A stretch of DNA of 47,455 nt from IMG/VR virus record IMGVR_UViG_3300035659_000028, positions 1-47,455 of that record; one strand, given 5' to 3'. This stretch comes from a virus. Its lineage: Duplodnaviria > Caudoviricetes. Positions 35,556 through 43,978 of the stretch are shown one piece after another. How positions within the stretch are numbered: the first letter of the stretch is position 1; the number at the start of each line of letters is the position of its first letter. Under the pieces are notes generated by a model, which did not search any database, was not told the origin of the DNA, and was given only the letters and a program-made list of their open reading frames with translations. The position numbers were made by a program, and so were the translations under genes.

Positions 35556-36416
35556 ATGGCACTTGTTCTTGGAACAAATTGCGGTTTTGTTACAGTTGCC
35601 CCGATAGTTGATCCAGGTGGTGGTGGCAATAAAATAATAGATGCTACCTCGTGGGCATTGAAACATACAACGCCAACAGTTCTTACAAAGATAACACAAG
35701 TTGGTTGGTGGTGTGCTTCAGTTTCTGAGGAAAGTAATTTTGAAGTTGGTTTGTATAGTCACAATGCTGGAACCAATAAACCGGATACAAGATTATATGT
35801 AGTTAATACTAATGCCAAAGGAACCGCCACAGGTTGGAAAACTGTTACTGTTGATTGGACCATTGTTCCTGAAACAATTTATTGGATAGCAGTACAACTT
35901 GACAATACTACCACAACGACTTATACCAACTATACCAGCGGCAGCGGCGCACGGTCGTTAGGAACATCTACTACTACTTTAACAGACCCTTGGGCCGGAG
36001 GAGCCGCAGCCGCAGAAATTCTGGCTTTCTATGCTAAATGTTCGGCTGGAGTAACTGAATATGACGAGGGAACTAAAACAGTAACAGGTGGGGGCGCGGT
36101 CAGTCTTACAGTAGAATCTGTAGTGTGGGTAGAAGGTGTTTTAGTTGTAACTGGGACACTTACTACTTTACTTGGAACGGAATTCTACCAAGGCATTTTA
36201 ATTGTAATCGGTGCGCTTACAGTTCTACTCAAAACGGAATCCTATCAAGACAGATCAGGTTGGCCGTTTGCCAGGGCAAGTGATTATGATCCAGACCTCT
36301 ACTGGGACGAGGCTACTGAGGTGTGGGTAACTACTCGAAAAACTGGACCAGGTAATCTGGTGGATTTTGTCGTGGTTGTGGGTGAAGAAGGCGAAGTTTA
36401 TTTCGGTAAGTTCTAA
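35556..36416 (+). CDS. Tail appendage protein 1 with C-terminal SDY...YFG module
   Basis: Thr-rich beta-sandwich; C-terminus similar to that of 36416..37360. Confidence 0.65.
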   Translation: MALVLGTNCGFVTVAPIVDPGGGGNKIIDATSWALKHTTPTVLTKITQVGWWCASVSEESNFEVGLYSHNAGTNKPDTRLYVVNTNAKGTATGWKTVTVDWTIVPETIYWIAVQLDNTTTTTYTNYTSGSGARSLGTSTTTLTDPWAGGAAAAEILAFYAKCSAGVTEYDEGTKTVTGGGAVSLTVESVVWVEGVLVVTGTLTTLLGTEFYQGILIVIGALTVLLKTESYQDRSGWPFARASDYDPDLYWDEATEVWVTTRKTGPGNLVDFVVVVGEEGEVYFGKF

Positions 36417-37360
36417 TGGCAGTCGGTGATCCAACTGGTGAAGATTTGTGTGTCGGTACTACTGACGGTAATACACTTCCGGTGTATTCGGGAAGTGAAT
36501 TGCGCCAAATCACGTTTGGGTCTTCCTATTCTTTGGTTGCGGGTACAAAATATGCCGTTGTCATTCGGGCACTGACAAACAATTATGATTTTATGCTTGA
36601 CTGGTGGGGAGATTCTCTTCCTTACTCCGGTGGAAAACCTCTTTCGAGTGGTGACGGGGGTGTTACCTGGTCGGAAGTTCAAAATTTCGATGACTCTTTC
36701 ATAACATATTCTGGTAGTAACTCGAAAGATTTGTATTTAGGGGCATCAGGCGTTTCAAGTGGGCCAAAAACATTTTGGATGGCCCAAACTTTTACAGCGG
36801 GGTCCGATTATGACATTACTTCAGTGCGATTATTTTTGTCGCGAGACTCAGATGTTTCTATTGGGATCGTCACTGTAAGTATTAGGGCAACAGAAGGCGC
36901 TGTTCCGTCAAAAGCGATTACCCCTGCTCCTGTTAATACAGCGGAAGACATTGGGATCAGACAACCGACAATCACTTGGGAAAACGGTGGGGGCGCAACA
37001 TCGTATGATGTTTACTTCGGGACTGTATCCGGCGGTCTTAGTCTGGTATCAAGTAACCAGGTTGCAACGTCGTTTTCCTTATCAGGTCTCATACCGTTTG
37101 ATTACCGCACTATATACTATTGGAGAATTGATTCAAAAAATGTCGATGGAACGACTACAGGAGATGAATGGAAGTTCACATCTATTCAATCTCCTTGGTT
37201 CATGCTCATGGAACGCCGTTCGGATTACAACCCGAATCAAGTGTGGCAACCAACTGTAGGTTGGGTGGACATCGAGGACTTTGAATACACGGGTGGGGGT
37301 AGGTTCAAAAACAGAGTCGTGGTAATCGGTCACAATGTCATCTACTTCGGGGATGCTTAA
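36416..37360 (+). CDS. Tail appendage protein 2 with Fn3-like domain and C-terminal SDY...YFG module
   Basis: ITWE.GGGATSYDVYFG...YYWRID...GDEWKF. Confidence 0.7.
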   Translation: MAVGDPTGEDLCVGTTDGNTLPVYSGSELRQITFGSSYSLVAGTKYAVVIRALTNNYDFMLDWWGDSLPYSGGKPLSSGDGGVTWSEVQNFDDSFITYSGSNSKDLYLGASGVSSGPKTFWMAQTFTAGSDYDITSVRLFLSRDSDVSIGIVTVSIRATEGAVPSKAITPAPVNTAEDIGIRQPTITWENGGGATSYDVYFGTVSGGLSLVSSNQVATSFSLSGLIPFDYRTIYYWRIDSKNVDGTTTGDEWKFTSIQSPWFMLMERRSDYNPNQVWQPTVGWVDIEDFEYTGGGRFKNRVVVIGHNVIYFGDA

Positions 37361-37361
37361 C

Positions 37362-37712
37362 ATGGCGGTCAAAGCAAAACAATACAGTATGGAACTTGAA
37401 CGCGAAATTGGCAAGGGTAAAGACCTTGAACAGGCACATAAAACTGCGGCAAAGAAATCAGAGGTCGAAATGGCAAAACAAGATGAGACATGGATACAAA
37501 AACTCAAACGCAAATCGCATGAACTCCTAAAGGGAGAAAAGGCGTACATCGGTAAAGAACGACTCGCTGAGATGAAGGCGGCGAACAAAACAACTGAAAA
37601 GAAAACGAACGTATTGAAGGACTATGCCAACCAAACTGTTGCGCCTCAGTTCCAGGGGGCCAGTGGTAGTGACTTGGCTGAACTTCAAAAACGATTTGGA
37701 AAGAAGAAATAA
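37362..37712 (+). CDS. Charged helical hypothetical protein
   Basis: Lys/Glu-rich; coupled to next gene (TAATG). Confidence 0.6.
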   Translation: MAVKAKQYSMELEREIGKGKDLEQAHKTAAKKSEVEMAKQDETWIQKLKRKSHELLKGEKAYIGKERLAEMKAANKTTEKKTNVLKDYANQTVAPQFQGASGSDLAELQKRFGKKK

Positions 37713-39226
37713 TGCCAACCCTCACAGCACTTGGTTCTGGACATGGGTTCACCGCTGGCGATCTCGATACATCAGGCCAGGTCAGTATGATCCCGGCCTA
37801 TCAGAAGATGTACTTGGCTGATGGCAGGCCATATTCGGCCACGATTGGTTCAAGCGGTTATCATAAACTCGACTTCCTCAATACCCGTCTGGTCGGTGCA
37901 ACATCAGTGAATTTTACACAGGGTGAAGTCATAACCCAGGCCGCAACTGGGGCAACTGGTATCTTCGACGAAAGAGTTTATAGGAGCGCCGGGGTTTATT
38001 GGTATTTAATTTATCGAACAACAACGACAGAATTTAACGCAACGGAAATAGTTGGGGCAACTTCAGGGACAAAAATCACACCGTCAGCGTTCGCGCCTCC
38101 TCCTCATTGGCTCAATTGGACACTCACTACCGGTTCATTCCCTGACGGCGGGTCGAATATCCTGTCCTTGTGTTGGGGTCGTGTTTTTATGAACAGTATC
38201 CAGCATCCACACCAGTGGTTTGCTACGCGGATAAACGATCCGCTCGATCTTCTGCTTGTAGTTGATGATGTGGCCTCGGCCCAGAATAGCCAAGCCACGA
38301 CCAAGGCCGGGTTGGTTGGCGACCAGATTGTTGCCATGATACCATACAAGGGCAATACCCAGGTATTCGGTTGTCTGAACAACATGTTTGTCATGCGGGC
38401 GGACCCGGCCAAGGGAGGGTTTTTCACTACATTGTCCGATACTACCGGTATCTTCAGTAATACCGCGTGGTGTTGGGATGACAAGAACAACCTATACTTC
38501 CTCGGTTTTGACGGTATCTACGCCTTGTCAGCAGCGGCTATCACTGAGGGCGCACCCCCGACCAATCTCACTAAGGAACACGTACCCAATCTCATAACCA
38601 ACATGGGTCTCAATCGCCGGACCGACCGGGTCGTGATGAAATATGACAAGGATAGGTACGGCATCGTGGTATCAGTTAGTCAGTTTGATGGGGAATGGAG
38701 CGTTTCTTTTTGGATGGATTTAAGAACCGGGGGTATCTTCCCAGATGAGTATGCCGAGGCCCACACACCCACGTCCTTGTTGTACTTCAACTCGCGTGTC
38801 AAAAGTGAACGTACTTTGTTGGCTGGATGTAACGACGGTTACATACGACGGTGGAATGAAACAGAAAAATCTGATGACGGAAGTACAGTTATTGAGAGTG
38901 AAGCCCTGATTGGCCCCATAGTCGGGTCCAATACGCGCTCGCGCGTGGGCGTTAACGAGGTGTCGATAAAGACTGGTGTTGATACTGACGCCCTATCAGT
39001 TTCATTGTACTCTGGTCTTACCGCTGAACACCTTATTGATAACGTGGTCAACGGTGAACCTCCCAAAGTAACCAAGAGTTTTACTACTGACAAACTGCTT
39101 CCTTCTATCCGCCAGCAGGTCAAAGGCGGGGCGATAGGTGTGAAATTATCCAATAACTCTGCCGCTTCAACGTGGAGTATGGAAAAAATAGATATAGAGT
39201 TGTCCGAATCCGGGAGAATGAAATAA
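37712..39226 (+). CDS. Tail nozzle/DNA-stabilisation protein (beta-propeller body, lacks usual N-terminus)
   Basis: Repeated blade motifs (GRVFM, GDQIVAM, LYFLGFDGIY, LLAGCNDGYI), position before ejection genes. Confidence 0.7.
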   Translation: MPTLTALGSGHGFTAGDLDTSGQVSMIPAYQKMYLADGRPYSATIGSSGYHKLDFLNTRLVGATSVNFTQGEVITQAATGATGIFDERVYRSAGVYWYLIYRTTTTEFNATEIVGATSGTKITPSAFAPPPHWLNWTLTTGSFPDGGSNILSLCWGRVFMNSIQHPHQWFATRINDPLDLLLVVDDVASAQNSQATTKAGLVGDQIVAMIPYKGNTQVFGCLNNMFVMRADPAKGGFFTTLSDTTGIFSNTAWCWDDKNNLYFLGFDGIYALSAAAITEGAPPTNLTKEHVPNLITNMGLNRRTDRVVMKYDKDRYGIVVSVSQFDGEWSVSFWMDLRTGGIFPDEYAEAHTPTSLLYFNSRVKSERTLLAGCNDGYIRRWNETEKSDDGSTVIESEALIGPIVGSNTRSRVGVNEVSIKTGVDTDALSVSLYSGLTAEHLIDNVVNGEPPKVTKSFTTDKLLPSIRQQVKGGAIGVKLSNNSAASTWSMEKIDIELSESGRMK

Positions 39227-39804
39227 TGGCACTTCCATTTAGTTACGAACCACAAGCTGATGTAACTGGTAGGTCAGTATATACCAACGCCCTTCAGCGT
39301 TGGCTTAATCAACAGAAAACGGCTGGTACACAATTTACAGCGGCGCAGCAACCGCTCCAACAGTCGGTTCAGATGTTCCAACCGGGCGGAGGTTATGGCG
39401 CTGGTCAATCGGCTCTCCTGGAGGAACAGGCCCGTCAGGCCCAGGCCCAGGCCCTCTCAGAACAAGTAGCCAGCGGTATGAGTAGCGGTTCGTTGGCTAC
39501 TGGGACTGGTTTGCGGGTCAAACGCGATTTGGCGACTGGTTTGAAGGGAGTCGAGGATACGCGGACTCAGTTCCTGGCCCAGGCATTACAGGCCCTTAGT
39601 GGTTTGCGTGGTACACAGGCCCAGACTACAGCTTCATTGGTTGATCCCACGTATGCCCCGTATCTTGGGTATCTTGGCCAGAGATTCGGCCAAGTATCAG
39701 GATTGAACGAGTCTGCGATTAGGTCTGCACCTTCTCCTGCACCTTCTTCCGCGCCAGAGTATAATCCGTTTCATGGGGCGCAATACGGAACACCGAGGTT
39801 TTAA
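39226..39804 (+). CDS. Putative DNA ejection/pilot protein
   Basis: Gln/Ala/Gly-rich, SGMSSGS motif, after nozzle. Confidence 0.55.
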   Translation: MALPFSYEPQADVTGRSVYTNALQRWLNQQKTAGTQFTAAQQPLQQSVQMFQPGGGYGAGQSALLEEQARQAQAQALSEQVASGMSSGSLATGTGLRVKRDLATGLKGVEDTRTQFLAQALQALSGLRGTQAQTTASLVDPTYAPYLGYLGQRFGQVSGLNESAIRSAPSPAPSSAPEYNPFHGAQYGTPRF

Positions 39805-40130
39805 TGGCAGTCGAACAGTATAGTCTGGTATCCGGCGATTGGATCAACCTTGAGGCCATAATCAATGACCTCACACAACGAGTGGTAGGACAGGCGTTGA
39901 ACCCCACGAGTTCGCCTTCTTTCGCTGGGTTCACTTTAACTGGACTGGCGGCGTCCACTTTAGTTGGGACTGATACTAACAAAAAACTAACAACGAATGT
40001 TACAGGATTTTCTCCAACTTTTGCTGGGTTGATAATTTCTGAAGTAACGGAATTACCTGACCCAGTGGTTGAAGGAAAGATAGTAAGGCTAATAACAGAT
40101 AGTCGGTTGTATTTTGGAAAGGTGGTTTAA
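39804..40130 (+). CDS. Tail fibre proximal segment
   Basis: SSPSFAG and SPTFAG repeats; ends EGKIVRLITDSRLYFG. Confidence 0.6.
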   Translation: MAVEQYSLVSGDWINLEAIINDLTQRVVGQALNPTSSPSFAGFTLTGLAASTLVGTDTNKKLTTNVTGFSPTFAGLIISEVTELPDPVVEGKIVRLITDSRLYFGKVV

Positions 40131-40131
40131 C

Positions 40132-40536
40132 ATGGCCGTAGAATGGAAAAAAATCTTGCTTGAAGGGGACACAACGACAGAGATGTCTCTGATTAAAGTA
40201 TCCTCCGACGATACCACACCTGGGTATCTCGATGGTAAGTTGGTTGCTGGTACAGCAATTGACTTGACAGTGGGTAATCCTGCGGGAAACGAAACTCTTG
40301 AAATTAAAGTCGAAGCAGATGGGATAACAGCGGCGTTGATAGCAGACGACGCCGTTGGTTCAGAACATATTGAACAGTTGAGTGCTGCCTTGGACTTTGG
40401 CGGCAACCAAGCCCAAGATATGACCGTTCACAACGTGGCCGATGCTGCTGCAAGGAACGGCCTTACCCCTGTTCTTGGCAAGATGGTGTTCCAGGCGGAT
40501 ACTTTACATCCATATATTTGTACGTCGATTGCGTAA
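40132..40536 (+). CDS. Tail fibre segment
   Basis: KVSSDDTTPGYLDGKL, ITAALIADDAV repeats; ends GKMVFQADTLHPYIC. Confidence 0.65.
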   Translation: MAVEWKKILLEGDTTTEMSLIKVSSDDTTPGYLDGKLVAGTAIDLTVGNPAGNETLEIKVEADGITAALIADDAVGSEHIEQLSAALDFGGNQAQDMTVHNVADAAARNGLTPVLGKMVFQADTLHPYICTSIA

Positions 40537-40545
40537 AGGTTTGAT

Positions 40546-42837
40546 ATGGCAGTTGAATGGAAAATGATTCCCACTGTTCCTGTCCCTATTACTGATGGGG
40601 GATCGGGACAGGTTACTGCACAGACAGCGATTGACGCACTTACTCAAGTGGCCGGAGCTACAAATGAGTATGTGTTGACCAAAGATACTGCCAGTGGCAA
40701 TGCTCTATGGAAAGCGGGGGGTGCAGGAAGCGACTCTGAAAAGGTCAAGGTGGATGTCGCTGCAACAGCGGACTATCTCGGTGCAGCGTCTAACGATGGT
40801 GTACTACGAACAGGGACAAGTTTGAGTTATGTGGATGGTGGTAACTTTATTACATTAGACACTATTCAGGATATACAAACGTCTGCTGGTCCAACCTTTA
40901 GAGATTTGACACTAACAGATGGTTGGAGTATTCACGAGAGTCTGGTTGGCATAGACTCTTACACGAAATTACTCTTGCATTTTGACGGGGCAGACAATTC
41001 AACTGTTCTTGTTGACAACTCCTTCTTCAATCATGCCCCAACAGTAGCCGGGGACGCCCAGATAGACACTGCTCAAAGCAAATTTGGCGGATCAAGTTGT
41101 GTCTTCGATGGAACAGGGGATTACATATCTATACCAGACCACGCCGATTGGGATTTTGGGAGTGGGGACTTTACTATTGATTTCTGGATTTACCCAACAG
41201 ATACGAATAGGCGTGCAATTATTGCAGGAACATCCGATTATTGGTTGGGGATAGACTATCATTATCTCGGAACAAGAAATATCAATATATGGGCCAGCAG
41301 TAATGGAAGTTCCTGGAATTTGTTAAATGCAGACTCCGGTGGCAATGCAATAGGGGCGATTACCTTAACTCTTAATACCTGGACACATGTGGCTATTGTT
41401 CGCAATGGAAACAACTGGCGTTCCTATATTAACGGAGTCAAGGATATTGACGTTACAGTTGCTGGAACATTGGTAACGATTGCGGAAGCAAAGAGTATAG
41501 GAAGGTGGGGTGGAGATGCAGTTCCAAAGTGGTTGGGTTGGATAGATGAGTTCCGTGTCTCGAAAGGAATTGCCAGATGGACTGCGGCTTTTACTCCTCC
41601 TACTACGGCTTATGGAGATGGGATATTCGGAAGAGTAAATGCAAGTGGTCTTACTTTAGCCATCCCTTTAAGCATAGACAATGGCGGAACAGGAATAGCG
41701 ACTCTTACCGATCATGGATTACTTTTGGGTTCTGGTACAGGCGCGATTACACCCCTTGGTGCAGCAACTAATGGCCAAATACCGATAGGTTCTACCGGGG
41801 TTGATCCTGTATTGGCTGCGTTGACGGCTGGTACAGGAATTGGAATCGCTAATACAGCGGGTTCAATTACTGTTTCCAGTACTATTACACAATATACAGA
41901 TGAATTGGCCCAAGATTCTGTGGGTGGAATGATTGCCAATACTGCAACAATCAACCTTACTTACACAGACCTAACTCCATCTTTGGTAGCTGACTTGAAT
42001 TCCACATTAAAAACCAACTATGATGCGGCTTATACCCATAGTGGGTTGACAACAGGAAACCCTCATAGCGTCACCAAGTCTGATGTTGGCCTTAACAGTG
42101 TAGAGAATACTGCATTATCTACATGGGCCGGTTCAGCAAACATAACTACTCTGGGGACCATTGCAACTGGAGTATGGAATGGTACTGATGTTGCGATTGC
42201 TGATGGGGGAACAGGACAAGGAACAGCCCAATTAGCTATCAATGCTTTATCTGCTGTATCGGCAGCTACCAATGAACATGTTTTGACGAAAGATACTGCA
42301 ACTGGAAATGCGATTTTCAAAGCAGCAACTGGGGGTAGTGATTCTGAGAAGGTCAAAGTAGATGCGGCGGCTACTGCTGATTATATTGGGGCAACATCAA
42401 GTGCGGGCGTTTTACGAACCAATGCCGGATTAACTAAGACAGATGGGGGAGATTTTATAACTCTTTCTGTAACTGGTACGTTTGTACATAGAGGAGACCC
42501 CTCCGTAACAGATTGGAATGAGACTGGAAGTAAAGCGGTTCTAAATACAAACGGGGCATGGCATGATTTAGATTTAAGTAGTATTGTACCAACTGGGGCT
42601 TTAGCTGTTTTGTTTTCTATGACGATCAAAGACGATACTGCTGACGCTATGTTTGCCCTCAGAAAAAAGGGACAAACCTATACCATAATTACCACCAAAA
42701 TACGAACACAGGTAGCCAATATAGAGTTTAATGGATTGATACTCTGCGCTTGTGACACAAATCGTGTTGTTGAATACGTTGGGGATAACTTGGCGTTTAC
42801 ACAAATTGCTTTATCTGTTGCAGGTTGGTGGATATAG
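40546..42837 (+). CDS. Tail fibre/receptor-binding protein with LamG (concanavalin-like) domain
   Basis: LLLHFDG...SKFGG...DFTIDFW...WTHVAIVR...IDEFRVSKG.ARW; GGTG fibre repeats. Confidence 0.85.
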   Translation: MAVEWKMIPTVPVPITDGGSGQVTAQTAIDALTQVAGATNEYVLTKDTASGNALWKAGGAGSDSEKVKVDVAATADYLGAASNDGVLRTGTSLSYVDGGNFITLDTIQDIQTSAGPTFRDLTLTDGWSIHESLVGIDSYTKLLLHFDGADNSTVLVDNSFFNHAPTVAGDAQIDTAQSKFGGSSCVFDGTGDYISIPDHADWDFGSGDFTIDFWIYPTDTNRRAIIAGTSDYWLGIDYHYLGTRNINIWASSNGSSWNLLNADSGGNAIGAITLTLNTWTHVAIVRNGNNWRSYINGVKDIDVTVAGTLVTIAEAKSIGRWGGDAVPKWLGWIDEFRVSKGIARWTAAFTPPTTAYGDGIFGRVNASGLTLAIPLSIDNGGTGIATLTDHGLLLGSGTGAITPLGAATNGQIPIGSTGVDPVLAALTAGTGIGIANTAGSITVSSTITQYTDELAQDSVGGMIANTATINLTYTDLTPSLVADLNSTLKTNYDAAYTHSGLTTGNPHSVTKSDVGLNSVENTALSTWAGSANITTLGTIATGVWNGTDVAIADGGTGQGTAQLAINALSAVSAATNEHVLTKDTATGNAIFKAATGGSDSEKVKVDAAATADYIGATSSAGVLRTNAGLTKTDGGDFITLSVTGTFVHRGDPSVTDWNETGSKAVLNTNGAWHDLDLSSIVPTGALAVLFSMTIKDDTADAMFALRKKGQTYTIITTKIRTQVANIEFNGLILCACDTNRVVEYVGDNLAFTQIALSVAGWWI

Positions 42838-42861
42838 GAATCTAAAACTCTGAGACAACAG

Positions 42862-43032
42862 ATGAACCCAGAAGCCATAAACAAAATCCGAGATATACAA
42901 AGACAAGAAGGCAACCAACCCTGTTTCAAAACACCGAGGTTACACTGTCTCCATTCAGAAACATGTTGTTGGTCCTCGATATGCCAATACGATTTTCCCG
43001 TTATACATGAAATAGAGGTAACAAATGAATGA
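42862..43032 (+). CDS. 56-aa Cys-rich protein (below ORF-track cutoff)
   Basis: IRDIQRQEGNQPCF...C....CCW...C. Confidence 0.6.
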   Translation: MNPEAINKIRDIQRQEGNQPCFKTPRLHCLHSETCCWSSICQYDFPVIHEIEVTNE

Positions 43033-43978
43033 ACCGTACATAGCCCCCATAGGTAAACAGGGTACTATCGAATACAGACCTAATTGGGGCCAACCTATCA
43101 CGCCTGAAGGTCGTTGGACTGGTCGAACACAACCTGAGACTACAACTTTGCCCGATCCGGCCAAGTTGGTACAGGATAACCTCGATCAACTGAAGACCAG
43201 TTTCAAACAACGCGCAGACGCGCTGAGAGAATCCGGCCTTGATCCAGAGGCCCACAATCGTGTCTTGGCCGGGATGCAAGATGAATATGACCAGGCCAAA
43301 GCCAAATCGACGGGAGTACGGGCACAACTTGGTTTGATAGACCAGGGAACTACAAGCGGGGCATATTCTCCCCAACAGGCATTTCAGGCCAAATTGAGGT
43401 TGGTCATGCCAGAAGGGACTGTGAACGAGTTGTTCCCTAATGTCAAACCAGAACCAAGAGGTAGGTTTAGACCAGAGGATTTTGGTTTCACAGATTATAA
43501 AGATTCATTTGAAGAGTCATTTGCTCGTGCCGCTGCCGCAGCCAGACCTGGTGAGAAATATAATCTTGAAGTTTTGAAACAGGAATACTCAATATGGCAA
43601 GAAAACTATGGCTATAATGAGTTTAATACAAATCAACGACACGGCTATAATGCAATTTGGGATGGCGTTGCTAAAGAACTTGGTGTAGAAACTGAACCTC
43701 AGATAAAAGCGGCACGGGCTGATACTTCTGTGACACGGGCCGCAGCTGGCAAACTCGGTGTTAAACCCCCAAGTTTGGCCAGAAAGGCGTTTGGTCTAAC
43801 TCCTTTGGCCAAGGGAATAACCTGGATGAGGAACAGGCGTTCTCCTAAGACTACTCCAACAGAACAAATGCCTCAACTTGAACAAATGCCCCAACCCAAG
43901 ACTAAAGAAGAGTATGACCAACTTCTACCTGGCACACAATATGTAGGAACCGATGGCCAACTGAGGGTTAAAAAATAA
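43025..43978 (+). CDS. Putative DNA ejection protein
   Basis: Helical, GAGG RBS, C-terminal EEYDQL.PGT.Y...DG..RVK motif, before large polyvalent gene. Confidence 0.6.
   Translation: MNEPYIAPIGKQGTIEYRPNWGQPITPEGRWTGRTQPETTTLPDPAKLVQDNLDQLKTSFKQRADALRESGLDPEAHNRVLAGMQDEYDQAKAKSTGVRAQLGLIDQGTTSGAYSPQQAFQAKLRLVMPEGTVNELFPNVKPEPRGRFRPEDFGFTDYKDSFEESFARAAAAARPGEKYNLEVLKQEYSIWQENYGYNEFNTNQRHGYNAIWDGVAKELGVETEPQIKAARADTSVTRAAAGKLGVKPPSLARKAFGLTPLAKGITWMRNRRSPKTTPTEQMPQLEQMPQPKTKEEYDQLLPGTQYVGTDGQLRVKK

Noticed and set aside
40588-42465. Diversity-generating retroelement TR/VR pair
   Set aside because: No reverse transcriptase; differences are not adenine-specific; both copies are in one ORF
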